DNA of 64,000 bases from the IMG/VR virus record IMGVR_UViG_3300034071_000338, positions 148 to 64,147 of that record. One strand, written 5' to 3'. A model generated the notes under the pieces. The model searched no databases, was not told where the DNA came from, and saw only the letters and a program-made list of their open reading frames with translations. Each line of letters begins with the position of its first letter. The first letter of the stretch is position 1. Source of the DNA: a virus (lineage: Duplodnaviria > Caudoviricetes). Positions 39,973-51,580 of the stretch are shown one piece after another. A program made the translations under genes and the position numbers.

Positions 39973-42218
39973 CTAATCAATTGACTTGTTTTTCCTTCAT
40001 TGCTATATTTAGCGAAGTTAATAATTAATTTCGATTCTTTTTTCTCAGGCACATACAAATGCTTCTGATTGGCCATTATACATAAACCCGAGCTAATAGA
40101 GGCGTCAAACTTTGTTCTGTCGTTGATGTCAAACTTTGCCCAATCCTCAAGTGTTCTTGTAAATGGCATTGTTCCCATTTCCTCAGGGTCTCTATATTTT
40201 GCTTCTAAATCTAACCCCACAAACTTCTCTATATACGACTCAATGGCAGAAGCGTGCGCTTGCTTAACATCTTCTGATGAGTTTGGAATACCTCCTAACT
40301 CACGCTCAGTTTTAGTTAATTTAGCCATCTGCTTATCAGGTCTATTAATAGAAAAGCCTCTATATCCCCTATTTTTAATATGGTATAAAAGCCTTGGTTT
40401 ATTATTCTCCACTAAGATAGGCATTCCGTAGAATATACAAGCCATCAAGACCTCTTCAAAGAATATCTCTGCCGTCTGTGGACGAGCAACATACTCCAAG
40501 AAAAACTCATTAACAGGCGCATCGTCCATATGAAATTTAGTCATACCGTGCAACGCACCATTAGAACCACGTCCACCTACTACGGCTGATATATCATATG
40601 AGTCACAACCAAATGAACCAAGGTGCTCATTGCCGGGATATTTAATCCCATTGCGTATGTGCACATTGTTTTGCATATGCTTTGGTGGTGCCCAACTAAT
40701 AAGAAATCTACCACGTGTATCAGGTGTCCATATTACCTCAGTATCTCTTATGCCATCTCTCCAAGAGAACGACCCACGAGTTAGATAATGCTCTTTAATC
40801 ATTGAATCATTATAGTCAATCTGCTGATATAACTTAGTTAAATTAAATAGCGATTGTTTGCTCTCATCTCTAAATGCGTGAGACTCTGTTCTTGGGAACT
40901 GACGATAGAACTCGTTCAGTGCATCAGCGTCACTCTTTAAAGAGTCAACCTCAGCTTCCCAATAGTCAATGGCTCCGTTTTTAATCCAATTGCCATCTAC
41001 GCCCATTAAAGGCTCTTCAGGCTTACGAAACACAGGATGACCATATCTATCAATGAATCCTTCCATATTCCATTCCATAGGGATAAATATGGCATATAAG
41101 CCACTCTTAGTCTGTCCGTTAGCATTTCTATTCTTTACATTAGACTGCTCGTAAATATCTTTGAAGTTCTGCCCTCCTCGTGACAAAGCATTTGAGGTAG
41201 AACCCATCATACACTTTCCAATAATCTTACTACCTAATCTCAAACAAGTTTTGGTTACACGCCAATTCTCTTTAATGTTTACAGGGTTAGTCCACTTACC
41301 ACTCTCATCGTGTGCCAAAAATAATAGTTTCTCTCCATCATAAGAGTTGTCATCTGTATTCTTCCAATCTATCGTGGTGTCAAGTCCGTCAATCTCATTG
41401 TCATCAGACTCGTACATATTTTTCTTAGTAATCTTTGCAGCAGGAACTCTAAAGGCTAATTCAGTCTTTGGCTTGTCCATACCATCCATAATAGGTTTAA
41501 AAAAGAATGGAAGCCTACTATTAATAGGCACAACCTTATCGGTGAACATTTTTTTAGCATCAGCACCCGTCTTAGACAAGATGCCTATACGTGCGTCACG
41601 TGCGAGGGTACCTATGTTCACACACTCTGAGGATGACATAAATGAAAATCCTGAACGTCTAATCTTAAGATAGACCATTCCAAATGACCTTGGGTCAGCA
41701 CGACAAGCCTCCCAAAATATCCAATAGATTCTGTTAGCCTCACGAAAGTCAGGATATCCCACGTCAATGCTCGACCATTGTAAGTACATATAGTGAGAAC
41801 CTGTAATGTAGGTTTTAACTCCATTATTCATAAACCAAAATCCTTGCTCACGATAGTCAAACTCTTTCTCGATATAGTCTACCCATCTGTCTTTAAACTC
41901 TTTTGGCTTTTGATTCCATTGAAATATGGATTGTATCTTGGCTAACTCACGGGGAAGGTCTTGACGCTCCCAATACTGTTCATTCTTAGTGGAGTGTCTT
42001 TGAAGACACTTATCAGGAGCTAAAGGAAGTGCTATGCGCAATCCTTCTATCTCTATTATATCCCCTATTTGTCCTGTTTTTGAAATAACAACAACGTCAT
42101 ATTGGTCGTTATATCCATATAGCCACGACCTCACTCTATTCTTGTTAGATATGACGGCTGCCGGTATGTAATCTACAAGTACACGGCACAGACTATTGTT
42201 TTGACCTTCTTTCTGCAA
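39969..42218 (-). CDS. terL: Terminase large subunit
   Basis: LKIRRSGFS Walker A variant, LAHDESGK Walker B, GSTSN motif III, FGCDSYD nuclease motif. Confidence 0.9.
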   Translation of the reverse strand: MQKEGQNNSLCRVLVDYIPAAVISNKNRVRSWLYGYNDQYDVVVISKTGQIGDIIEIEGLRIALPLAPDKCLQRHSTKNEQYWERQDLPRELAKIQSIFQWNQKPKEFKDRWVDYIEKEFDYREQGFWFMNNGVKTYITGSHYMYLQWSSIDVGYPDFREANRIYWIFWEACRADPRSFGMVYLKIRRSGFSFMSSSECVNIGTLARDARIGILSKTGADAKKMFTDKVVPINSRLPFFFKPIMDGMDKPKTELAFRVPAAKITKKNMYESDDNEIDGLDTTIDWKNTDDNSYDGEKLLFLAHDESGKWTNPVNIKENWRVTKTCLRLGSKIIGKCMMGSTSNALSRGGQNFKDIYEQSNVKNRNANGQTKSGLYAIFIPMEWNMEGFIDRYGHPVFRKPEEPLMGVDGNWIKNGAIDYWEAEVDSLKSDADALNEFYRQFPRTESHAFRDESKQSLFNLTKLYQQIDYNDSMIKEHYLTRGSFSWRDGIRDTEVIWTPDTRGRFLISWAPPKHMQNNVHIRNGIKYPGNEHLGSFGCDSYDISAVVGGRGSNGALHGMTKFHMDDAPVNEFFLEYVARPQTAEIFFEEVLMACIFYGMPILVENNKPRLLYHIKNRGYRGFSINRPDKQMAKLTKTERELGGIPNSSEDVKQAHASAIESYIEKFVGLDLEAKYRDPEEMGTMPFTRTLEDWAKFDINDRTKFDASISSGLCIMANQKHLYVPEKKESKLIINFAKYSNEGKTSQLIR
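41994..42009. repeat. 16-bp palindrome copy 7 (inside terminase gene)
   Basis: GTGTCTTTGAAGACAC, read as CLQRH on the - strand. Confidence 0.95.
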
Positions 42219-42486
42219 ATCCTTGTTTTGTATCTGTTTTACTTATTCCTCTGTCTGCGGAATCAAGATTTTCTTTCTCCGCTTCTATTCTACTTAATAT
42301 CTCAAAGGCGTCAAATATAGCTAACTTCTTAGCTGCTGCTGCATTCTTCATCTTGTCTGCAGATACGTCACCATTATCCGATTCGGTATTGATAATGTCC
42401 TCTTCTGCTACCTTAACAAGATGATTAACAGCCTTATATCCTGCCTCTATAATTCTTAATTTTATTGCTTTTGTATCACTGCTCAT
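42193..42486 (-). CDS. Possible terminase small subunit
   Basis: Small helical protein directly upstream of terL; assigned by position only. Confidence 0.4.
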   Translation of the reverse strand: MSSDTKAIKLRIIEAGYKAVNHLVKVAEEDIINTESDNGDVSADKMKNAAAAKKLAIFDAFEILSRIEAEKENLDSADRGISKTDTKQGFAERRSKQ

Positions 42487-43046
42487 AACTTCATTGTTAT
42501 TTGATGGTCATACATTCTATATAGCTTTTCATTATCTACCGTAAACTCATACTCGCTATCAGGGCTAAAGCATATCATATCGCCTTCCTTTATGCCACGT
42601 TCAAGTAGATACTCGTTAGGATACTTCATTAGACCCATTAGAGGCTCGTCTGAGAATGGCTTCTTGATATAACTTTCGGTTGCAGGGACAGGCTTGACAA
42701 AGCAAAACCTATCATAAGCGTTCCACGTGGAACCTTTTTTATACATAAAAAATTGCTCGGTCTCAATAAAGAATAGGTCATCTTTAAAGAATGACTTACC
42801 ACTTTTTTGTCTACCACGCATATCGTTATAAAACTTAAATACGTTATGATGTACAAGTAGTATGTCTCCGGGTTCAATGGGTCCGTTGTAGCCCAATGGT
42901 AGTTCAACGACTTCTGCAAATCGGTTGGAAAACTTGTGGTCTTCCTCAGAGGTGCTGACGATAAAGTCAATGCCTCCTATCTCTTTTGTATTATCGTACC
43001 TTTTTCCATTAACCGGCTTGGCTATGAAATAGAATGGCGACCTCAT
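42483..43046 (-). CDS. Protein with two GroES-like halves
   Basis: VVELP...IEPGDILLVHH and GIKEGDMICF...EFTVDNEKLYRM each resemble the GroES C-terminal pattern. Confidence 0.5.
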   Translation of the reverse strand: MRSPFYFIAKPVNGKRYDNTKEIGGIDFIVSTSEEDHKFSNRFAEVVELPLGYNGPIEPGDILLVHHNVFKFYNDMRGRQKSGKSFFKDDLFFIETEQFFMYKKGSTWNAYDRFCFVKPVPATESYIKKPFSDEPLMGLMKYPNEYLLERGIKEGDMICFSPDSEYEFTVDNEKLYRMYDHQITMKL

Positions 43047-43273
43047 TAGATGTTGATGTTATATTCAATGGATATAGGAATGGTGGAGGTGAACTCTTTC
43101 CAAAGCACCACCTCCGACTTCTCATTGATAATGTAAATCTGAATAGATTCTTTCTCAGGATTAATCCTGATTAGATGAATTTCGTTACTATCATTGAGGA
43201 TTTTCTGCCCTACAATATAATGCATAGCACCACCTTTGTAGTCAGGCCCTATTGATATTTTACGAATATCCAT
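43046..43273 (-). CDS. Hypothetical phage protein
   Basis: IRKISIG.DYK..AMHY.VGQ; coupled to the next gene. Confidence 0.7.
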   Translation of the reverse strand: MDIRKISIGPDYKGGAMHYIVGQKILNDSNEIHLIRINPEKESIQIYIINEKSEVVLWKEFTSTIPISIEYNINI

Positions 43274-43461
43274 TATGCTTCTTTTACCTCTTCTTCTTTA
43301 GGAGCGTTATCTTGACTTACCTTTTGAAAGAATTGGATTAATTGAACTCCGTACAATGTAGGGATTCCATTGATAATGTTTTGTAACTCTTGTAGTTGTT
43401 GTTCGTTTAGTTGCATTTTATTTGATTTTAATTAATGTAAAAGTAATAAATATTTATTGAA

Positions 43462-43803
43462 CTAAGAAATAGTTTCTTCAACGATTGGTTCAGGTTCAGG
43501 TGTAGGTTCCTGAGGTACAGGAGCAACATAATCACCTGTGATTGTTAGTTTAAGTTTAGCAGCTAACCAATCCCAAGCATAAGCATTAGCATCAGTAGCA
43601 CTATTGTAGCTAACATAATCAGCACCATTCATATCAACAGTTCCATTTACTAAAGGAGATATATTAATGTCTACTTGTTCAAATAATTGATAGTAAAAAG
43701 TTGCATTGTCTACAAGATTGTCTGAATTAACTTGTGAATATAACACAGTTGCTTGTTTTGACTCTCCATTTATCCATATTGTTAGTGGATTAATTGTTTT
43801 CAT
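43462..43803 (-). CDS. Putative tail fibre chaperone
   Basis: Follows a fibre gene; paralogous to 45066..45341 (MKTI.P, ATFYY.L, AY.W.A). Confidence 0.55.
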   Translation of the reverse strand: MKTINPLTIWINGESKQATVLYSQVNSDNLVDNATFYYQLFEQVDINISPLVNGTVDMNGADYVSYNSATDANAYAWDWLAAKLKLTITGDYVAPVPQEPTPEPEPIVEETIS

Positions 43804-43814
43804 TTTATATTTTT

Positions 43815-45005
43815 TTATTGTAATTGATAAGACCTAATGTTTCCATCTTGTTGTATTAATGCAGTTGCACCTACCGCTATTGTTATACTTGAAACAGCTG
43901 TTGCGGAATTATTTATAATATTAGTACCACTAAAAGCATTTAAAGTAAGTACACCTGTACCTGCATTTTTAATCCAAAACATTTGATTTGTCCCACTTGG
44001 ATTAGGTAATGTCCAAGTTGCCGTACCTGTACCATTGTAAATCCAAGTAGTTGTAGCAGTTGTTATTGTTAATGTTGTACTTGTACTTGCAGTTGCATTA
44101 GGACTAAATCCAAGAGTATATGTTGTTCCATTATTAATAAAACTAAATAATGAATTATCACCTGCACCATTTACATTTAATCTTGATGTTGTATTTATAA
44201 TACCAGCCGATGTGATTCTCATTCGTTCTGCACCACCAGCTTCAAAACTTAGTGCGTGGCTTACATTACCAATAAAGCAAACCCCAGATGTAGATTTTAA
44301 ACCAATATAACTATTGACGTTATTTGTTTCAAAGTAAGCACTTGTTGTAGTTGCAGTTGTATAAACGTGAAGCGGTTGAGTAGGTGCAGTAATTCCGATT
44401 CCTACATTACCACCGCTTGTGATAACAAGTTCATCATTACCAGAACCATTATAGTTCATTCTGTAACTATTGTCGCTATTAGTATAAATATCCCATCTAT
44501 TTGTATTAGTTGAAATATCATATAAAGCTAAATAACCTCCTGCTCTTGCATTAATAGCACCATTTGCAGTTACACTACTTGAGAATGTAGCAGTCCCACT
44601 TACTTGTAGTTTTGCACCATTATCTGATGTAGTATTTATTAATACATTACCACCAACACTTGGAGTACCTCCTGTTAGTGTCATAATCATATTGCCATTA
44701 GTGTATAACATTATTGGCGAAGAACCTGTACTATAAACTAATGTAGCATTTGGTGAACTACTTAAATATGAACCACTATTGTTGTTTTTACCAAAATATG
44801 TAGTTCCATCAGTATTTGTTACTTGTAAAAAAGCAGCACTTGTATTTGTTGATGGTATAATACTTATTTGCCCATTTTCACCAGTTGTAATTGACTTTGA
44901 TGAAGTTAAAAATCCTGTAATAGTACCACCACTAAGAGGCAATAAACTACTAGTAGATATACCACTATCTGTTAAAATATTACCTGTTATATTAGCTATT
45001 GCCAT
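43815..45005 (-). CDS. Tail fibre protein
   Basis: G/T/S/N-rich; GNVGIG and ERMRITS repeats. Confidence 0.75.
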   Translation of the reverse strand: MAIANITGNILTDSGISTSSLLPLSGGTITGFLTSSKSITTGENGQISIIPSTNTSAAFLQVTNTDGTTYFGKNNNSGSYLSSSPNATLVYSTGSSPIMLYTNGNMIMTLTGGTPSVGGNVLINTTSDNGAKLQVSGTATFSSSVTANGAINARAGGYLALYDISTNTNRWDIYTNSDNSYRMNYNGSGNDELVITSGGNVGIGITAPTQPLHVYTTATTTSAYFETNNVNSYIGLKSTSGVCFIGNVSHALSFEAGGAERMRITSAGIINTTSRLNVNGAGDNSLFSFINNGTTYTLGFSPNATASTSTTLTITTATTTWIYNGTGTATWTLPNPSGTNQMFWIKNAGTGVLTLNAFSGTNIINNSATAVSSITIAVGATALIQQDGNIRSYQLQ

Positions 45006-45065
45006 TTTCTTTTCTTTTTTGTAGCATTTTTATATGCTTATTTGTTACGAAGTTCTATTATGGAA

Positions 45066-45341
45066 CTAACCATTTGTTACATCTTCTGTCACAAAATCTC
45101 CAATAATTGTGACATCAATTTGTTCCGCAACCCACTCATACGCATACTCGTTTGTTGCCCAATTATCGTAATCTTCTCCTGTCATTGTTAAGTTACCTTG
45201 TTGTAACTGACTTTGAGTATCACTTAAAAGTGCATAGTAGAAAGTAGCAGATGTGCTTAAATTGTCATTGATGCAGTATGCGTTTAAAATTACTGCTGTT
45301 CCTAAGTTTAGTGGGAATACCACAGGTTGAATTGTTTTCAT
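45066..45341 (-). CDS. Putative tail fibre chaperone
   Basis: Follows the long fibre gene; paralog of 43462..43803. Confidence 0.55.
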   Translation of the reverse strand: MKTIQPVVFPLNLGTAVILNAYCINDNLSTSATFYYALLSDTQSQLQQGNLTMTGEDYDNWATNEYAYEWVAEQIDVTIIGDFVTEDVTNG

Positions 45342-45358
45342 TTTTATATTATTTTATT

Positions 45359-48300
45359 TTATACCATTGTTAAAGATTTCCAAGCACCACCGCTATACAC
45401 ATATACCCCTTCTGTTCCGTCTGTTTGATATACCATTAATCCTGTTGCAGGAGAAGATATTGCAGCTCTTTGAGCAGCAGTCATTCTTGGTGGTAGGAAA
45501 CCTTGAGTTGTACTATCTGCTTGAATTATAGCAGAAGCTACAGGTGTATTAGCACAATGTAAACCCCAACCGCCTCTAATATTTAATCCCCTATATCCTG
45601 AATAATTATTATTTAAATCATAAAGACTGTTACCAAGTGTCATACCAAGTGAAGTAGATACAGTAACTTGTCCATTAGGAGTTAATCTTACTCCAAAAGA
45701 ATCATTATTTATTTGCAAAAATGAAGTTCCATTTTTTTGTAAATTAATTATCCCTGAAGTTGCATTTATTGTTGTTGCACCTGCAGAAACTTCAAAACTG
45801 CTCTGCACCCTTGCAGTACCATTTACATCTAACCTAAAGCCTGCGTCTGTGAAAGTGCCACCTGATTGAACTATAATATTACCTGCGTCAGTTATTCTTA
45901 ATCTTTCAGTTAATGTATTTGCTCCATCAGATATGGTAGAAAATCTCATATTTGATGTAATAAAACCACTACCAAGATTGTTTTTAAACGTAACAATAGA
46001 ACCTGAATTTATATTAGTTCCTACCCCTAATCCATTATCTTGACCAAATAAATATCCAATACCTGTATTTGTTGTATTAAGATTGCTTAATATTTGTATT
46101 CCATAATTTATTGTACCTGCTAAACCTGATGATTGACTCCAAATAGAAAATGTATGTGGAACTGATGGTGAACCAAATTGAGTTGTGCTTGCTCTAAATA
46201 ATTGTGAAATACTACTTCCACTACCACTCATTGCTCCACCAAAAGTTGTATGTTGAAACGCTATGCTATTTGCTGCACCACTTCTACCCGTAAAAATATA
46301 TGCAGTATAGTTTTGTATACTATTATTTAATTGCAAACCACCATAAGTAGAACCTCCTGTATTTACTGAATAGTTATTATTTACTCCTGTTGCGTCAATT
46401 AAAGTTGTTCCATTTATTCTTGCTGCTAAGTTCGTTACCCCCGTAAACGCACCATTAGTAAACGTAGGGTTAATATCTAATCCTACTAATACATCATTGT
46501 TTGCTGCTGCTACTAAGGTAGTGTTTATTAATCCACCTCTTGCTATTGCACTTGATGCAGTTTGACTACCACCTAAAGTAAGTTCTGTTGCAGTTCCTAA
46601 AGTAGAAGTACCTATACCTACGTTACCACTTGTTGTTGCTAATAAGACATCGCCTGTAACTGTTTCAATTGCAATATGTCTATTCCCTCCTAAACTTGTT
46701 ATTGTAGGGTTATACCAAATACCTCTATATGTGTATCCGCTTGTAGCAAAATTTAATGTTGTGTTTATCCCTAAATCAGTTTGAATACTTGCTGAAGAAC
46801 TTGTATGGGTACCTTGTATTAACAAAGCATTAGCAGCGGTTCCTAAAGCTGTTCCTGAAACAACAACATTATTTTGATTGCCCACTTTAACAAGTCCACC
46901 TTGTAAAAATATTGTGCCTAGACTTCCAACTGTACCATAAACAGCTTCTCCGCCAAATGTAAATGCCTGAGCAACACTTCCAAAAGTAGTTAAACTAGTA
47001 GTAAGATTTCCTACTACTCTTGCAGTACCATTAACATCTAACTTAAATCCTGAATCTGTGGTAGTTCCGATTAGCACATTGCCATTAACTCCTATTCTCA
47101 TTTTTTCGTTAAATGATGTAGAAGCATTTGTGCTAAATATTAAAGGCACATTATTTAAACTATTAATTGTAACCGCAGTAGCATCCGCAAACATACGACC
47201 ATAAACAGTACTTGATGTACCTAATGTTAAAGCTGCTTCTGCTGAACCACGAACATCAAGTGCAGTTGTACCTGCAGTTGTGCCAATCCATAAATTCCCT
47301 GCCATATAGTTAGCAGCCGTTCCTGCCATATACAAGTTCCATCTGTTCGTTCCACTAGGGATATTGCCGTAGAATCCATAGTTATTCGTAGCACCTGTTA
47401 AATTACCACCTGCCCAAAATCCTGCTTGATTAGTAACACTTGAACCTGCACCAAATGCACCTTGTGTAGCTAAATAATGATATATATTAGTTAATGTAAA
47501 TGCTGCAGCAGCAGTTTTTGCTTCAGTTTGATTATAAATTGCTTGTGTTACAACATCAGATTGAATTACTCCATCTTGAAGAATTCCTATTGAAGTAGTA
47601 GAACCTGTTATGTTTTTTGATACTACTAAACTTCTTGCTGTTAAACTTGTACTACCTATACCCAATGAACCTGTATTGCTTAATGTCATTCTTTCTGTAG
47701 TTCCAATATACCATCTGTAGCCTCCACCATTAACTGCTCCTGTTTGAAAGAAAATATCAAAAGCAGAATTTCTTGTCGCTGCTAATCCTAATGAATAGTT
47801 ATTAACTGCTGAATTTCCATTTAAGGCAAAAGATGTTCCTGCATTTATTCCTGCGGTTGGGTCAGTTGGTGTAGCAGTGCCAATAAATATTGAAGAAGAA
47901 GTTATTGTGCCTGTAGAATTAATAGTTCCTGTAACTTGTAAAGTATCACCATTATCTGTTGTAGAACCTATTAATAATCTTCTATTTGCAGCAAATACCA
48001 TTCCTGTTGTACCACCTTGACGGAATAATAAATCTGTTCCTGTTGCACCATTAAGTGTGCCATTAGTAATATCAAAGACAACACCTGAACTTGCACCACC
48101 CCAAATATTTAATAACCCATTTGTGCTTCCAACAGAAAAACCACTTGTATTTCCACCTGCTGCAGTAAATACAGATAATTTAGTAGTAATAGAAGTTGTT
48201 CCAATTGCTAAACTACCTGCTAAGTAGTTGTTAGCAGTGCCGTTCATATACAAGTTCCATCTGTTAGTGCCACTTGGTATATTACCATAGAAGCCGTAGT

Positions 48301-51300
48301 TATTGGTAGCACCTGTCATTGATGAATCAGCTAAAAAACCATATTGAGAAGTAATTGCTGAAGTTGAACCTATTGTTATTTGTTGAGCAGCGTAATGAAA
48401 ATATCCTCCTAAAGTAAATGCAGCAGCAGCAGTATTTAATTGATTTCTTATCCCATATGCAGATGTAGTTACATCACTTTGAACTGTACCATTTTGATAA
48501 ATTGCAGAACTTGAAGCCGCCCCTGTAATATTTTTACCTACTGCTAAAGCATACCCTGTCAAACTTGTTGTACCAATTCCCAATGAACCATTTAAATAGT
48601 TAGCAGCAGTACCATCCATATATAGATTCCAACGATTTGTACCACTTGCTATCCTGCCTCTAAATCCATAATTTGTTGTTGCTCCTATTAAAGTACTATT
48701 AACCTCAAAACCTGTTTGTAAAGTAACTGTTGAACCTGCACCAAAAGTACCTTGATATGCTCTATAATATACTAAATTGCCTAATGTAAAAGATGCAGCA
48801 GCAGTTTGAGCAAAAGTATCATAATAAAAGCCATTTACTGTTGCATCACTTTGGATTATACCTGCATTCATTTGTCCATATACAGATGTTGAACCTGTCA
48901 TATTTACATAATTGGCAAGTCCCATATTGGTTTGAGTAGTATTTAACCATAGACTTCCATTAAGTCTTGTATTAGAACCTAAAGTAATCAAAGAACCACT
49001 ATCTGTAATATTACTATTACCTATTGCACTTGCACCTGTAAACTTTGGTAAAGTGTTTGTTGTACCTGTTCCTGTTATTGGGTTAGTTAAAACCCCTTGA
49101 TATTGTGGTATGTTTAAAGTACCACCAACTAATGTAGCTGCTCCGCTTGTACCTGTTGTTGTTAAGGTAATAGCGTTTTGCTTATTGTTAAAAGTTGTCC
49201 AATCCGTTGAACTTAACTTACCTGTATTTGTAGCCGAAGCAATAGGTAGGTTAAAAGTATGAGTATCTACAAGTGAATTTATATTAAAGTCAGTTCCGCT
49301 TGTTCCTGTGATTAAGTTTTGTACTTGTGCAGTCAACCCATTTATTGCAGTAATTCCTGTTGTAAAGGTTGTTATAACTTGACACAAATGACTATTTTCA
49401 GTATGTAAAGTAATTGTTCTACCTGCCGTTGTTACATAAATACGAACTGCTAATCTATCCGTTAATGTTAAAGCTGTTTGAGGAACAGCTAAAGCACTAA
49501 AGTAAGCCTCTATACTTGTTCCGTCATTAATTAATTTAGGGCTTGCACTATTAGATGCTATTAAAGTAAAAACAACACCATCATATTTATATAGTTCAAT
49601 ATAGAATGTAGGAGAACCACCACCTGAACTTGCATTAAAATATGTTTCAAAATTCCAATTACCTGCAGGGATTTGTAATAAAGCAGGGTCATTAACATCT
49701 GTTAAAAAAGATGCTATATAACCATTCGTACTTCTTGAAAAATCTGTACCCGCACCTATTACAGGTACTTTATTCATTTCATAATAAGTAACACCGTCTA
49801 TTGTACCTTGATTAATTGAACCATTCAAATAATAAGATACAGAAGCACCACCACCGCCACCACCTGTTGGCAAAACAGCTAAAGTACCATCACCTCTAAC
49901 ATACTGAGAAGCATTACCTGCTCCTGTTATTGCAATCGTTCCATTGGCAGTCAATGGGCTATTAGCGACATTAAATGCACTTGGCATAGATACACCTACC
50001 GAAGTAAGTCCTAAGTCAGTCCAAGAAGCCGTAATCGTTCCTGCGTCTTGCTGAGTTAATGTTAATGTTTTTGTTCCTGTACCTGTAACTGCAGCACTAA
50101 TAATACTATCATTATATGCAGTATCCCAATTGGCTGAATTGTCAGTAATATATGTAATAGTTCCGGCAGTAGACTTAACTAATCCGGTTCCACCTAAATA
50201 ATTTTGCTTACCATTAAAAGTAGTCCAATCGGTACTGCTTAAGTAACCATTTTGACTACTATTTGCGACTTGAATACTAAATACCCCTGTAACATTATCA
50301 TATCCTAAAGGAGATGTAGCACTTAAAGCTAATCTTGCTCTGCTATTTAAGAAATATAAATTTGTTGTACCCTCAGGGATATTGTCAGTTGTAAGACTTA
50401 CCGCTCCTGTAAACCCATTTACTGAACTAACTGACTCAGTATTGTCTACTTTCTGCCAAACACTTTCACTAAATATAGCCCAATCCCCCACCTTCCAATC
50501 AGTAATACCATTTAAGTTGGTATTACCCGCAACATTTACTACGTAATAATTTCCTTGCACACCTACGCTACTTGTTAGAACAGGTAAGTTTGCACTTGCA
50601 TTCCAAGTACCTTTATATAAAACACCGCCTACTAATGCATTGATTTGACTTTGAGTCTTTCCAAATGCAGTTAATATGCTATCAGAAGCATTGATTGTTC
50701 CTGCTGTTGGATTAAATCCTGTAAGCACCTTGCCTATTACAGCAGCATTGCTAACTGTAGCAGTTGCCGAACCCGGTCCACTTGCTGTTACTTCACCTGT
50801 TAATGCAGTAATATAATTACCTGCATTTTGTTTTCCATTAAAATTAATCCAATCAGATGAACTTAAAAATCCACTTTGACTTCCATTTGCTTGCTGAATA
50901 CTAAATACACCGGTTGCACTATTAAACAACAATGGTGATGTCGCAGAGTAAACAGGTAATGCTACCCATTTAACGCCTGTAACTGTGCTTGATAGTACAG
51001 TACCTGCTGCTCCTACAGAAGCATCTCCATCTGTAATAGTACCATCAATTGTAATATTGGTATTAATTGTTGCAGTGTTTGTATCAACATCTGTTGCTTC
51101 AAGACCTGCGGTTAATATAATACCTACAGTAGAAGTATTACCTTCTTCTAATACTTGTTGTAAATTAGGAGTAAAAATTGGAGGAAGGGTAACCCATTCT
51201 ACAAATTCTCCTGTGCTTGTAAGTACTTGACCCGCTAATCCAATTGAATCCTCTGAATCAAATAAGCCACCTTGGATATGTGTATCTCCTACAAAATAGC

Positions 51301-51565
51301 TATTTAAAAAATTTGCGGTATCTGTTACCTCAAGATTGGTAGTAGTAATGGTACCAATTAAGTTAATATCTTGCGTAGCTGTATTGCCATAATCTAAAAC
51401 ACCCTGCAAGTTATTTGCGGGTATGACAGGAAGAAATACATCTAACAATTCTTGCAGCGTAAAGTTATACGTTACGTCTTCTATTTCACCACCAACGCTT
51501 GTACCAATTAGCTTGTCGGCCAATTTAGGTACGGGAGCGACTTCGTATGTACTAATCTTTGACAT
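45359..51565 (-). CDS. Long tail fibre protein
   Basis: 2068 aa; GxLSSxDWxxFNxKQN x3, NYGFxGxIxSGTNRWNLYM x3, YKGTWNA, C-terminal GFLPPRMT..QR.AI.SPA.GLMVYQTD. Confidence 0.85.
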   Translation of the reverse strand: MSKISTYEVAPVPKLADKLIGTSVGGEIEDVTYNFTLQELLDVFLPVIPANNLQGVLDYGNTATQDINLIGTITTTNLEVTDTANFLNSYFVGDTHIQGGLFDSEDSIGLAGQVLTSTGEFVEWVTLPPIFTPNLQQVLEEGNTSTVGIILTAGLEATDVDTNTATINTNITIDGTITDGDASVGAAGTVLSSTVTGVKWVALPVYSATSPLLFNSATGVFSIQQANGSQSGFLSSSDWINFNGKQNAGNYITALTGEVTASGPGSATATVSNAAVIGKVLTGFNPTAGTINASDSILTAFGKTQSQINALVGGVLYKGTWNASANLPVLTSSVGVQGNYYVVNVAGNTNLNGITDWKVGDWAIFSESVWQKVDNTESVSSVNGFTGAVSLTTDNIPEGTTNLYFLNSRARLALSATSPLGYDNVTGVFSIQVANSSQNGYLSSTDWTTFNGKQNYLGGTGLVKSTAGTITYITDNSANWDTAYNDSIISAAVTGTGTKTLTLTQQDAGTITASWTDLGLTSVGVSMPSAFNVANSPLTANGTIAITGAGNASQYVRGDGTLAVLPTGGGGGGASVSYYLNGSINQGTIDGVTYYEMNKVPVIGAGTDFSRSTNGYIASFLTDVNDPALLQIPAGNWNFETYFNASSGGGSPTFYIELYKYDGVVFTLIASNSASPKLINDGTSIEAYFSALAVPQTALTLTDRLAVRIYVTTAGRTITLHTENSHLCQVITTFTTGITAINGLTAQVQNLITGTSGTDFNINSLVDTHTFNLPIASATNTGKLSSTDWTTFNNKQNAITLTTTGTSGAATLVGGTLNIPQYQGVLTNPITGTGTTNTLPKFTGASAIGNSNITDSGSLITLGSNTRLNGSLWLNTTQTNMGLANYVNMTGSTSVYGQMNAGIIQSDATVNGFYYDTFAQTAAASFTLGNLVYYRAYQGTFGAGSTVTLQTGFEVNSTLIGATTNYGFRGRIASGTNRWNLYMDGTAANYLNGSLGIGTTSLTGYALAVGKNITGAASSSAIYQNGTVQSDVTTSAYGIRNQLNTAAAAFTLGGYFHYAAQQITIGSTSAITSQYGFLADSSMTGATNNYGFYGNIPSGTNRWNLYMNGTANNYLAGSLAIGTTSITTKLSVFTAAGGNTSGFSVGSTNGLLNIWGGASSGVVFDITNGTLNGATGTDLLFRQGGTTGMVFAANRRLLIGSTTDNGDTLQVTGTINSTGTITSSSIFIGTATPTDPTAGINAGTSFALNGNSAVNNYSLGLAATRNSAFDIFFQTGAVNGGGYRWYIGTTERMTLSNTGSLGIGSTSLTARSLVVSKNITGSTTSIGILQDGVIQSDVVTQAIYNQTEAKTAAAAFTLTNIYHYLATQGAFGAGSSVTNQAGFWAGGNLTGATNNYGFYGNIPSGTNRWNLYMAGTAANYMAGNLWIGTTAGTTALDVRGSAEAALTLGTSSTVYGRMFADATAVTINSLNNVPLIFSTNASTSFNEKMRIGVNGNVLIGTTTDSGFKLDVNGTARVVGNLTTSLTTFGSVAQAFTFGGEAVYGTVGSLGTIFLQGGLVKVGNQNNVVVSGTALGTAANALLIQGTHTSSSASIQTDLGINTTLNFATSGYTYRGIWYNPTITSLGGNRHIAIETVTGDVLLATTSGNVGIGTSTLGTATELTLGGSQTASSAIARGGLINTTLVAAANNDVLVGLDINPTFTNGAFTGVTNLAARINGTTLIDATGVNNNYSVNTGGSTYGGLQLNNSIQNYTAYIFTGRSGAANSIAFQHTTFGGAMSGSGSSISQLFRASTTQFGSPSVPHTFSIWSQSSGLAGTINYGIQILSNLNTTNTGIGYLFGQDNGLGVGTNINSGSIVTFKNNLGSGFITSNMRFSTISDGANTLTERLRITDAGNIIVQSGGTFTDAGFRLDVNGTARVQSSFEVSAGATTINATSGIINLQKNGTSFLQINNDSFGVRLTPNGQVTVSTSLGMTLGNSLYDLNNNYSGYRGLNIRGGWGLHCANTPVASAIIQADSTTQGFLPPRMTAAQRAAISSPATGLMVYQTDGTEGVYVYSGGAWKSLTMV

Positions 51566-51580
51566 CCGCTATAAAATTTT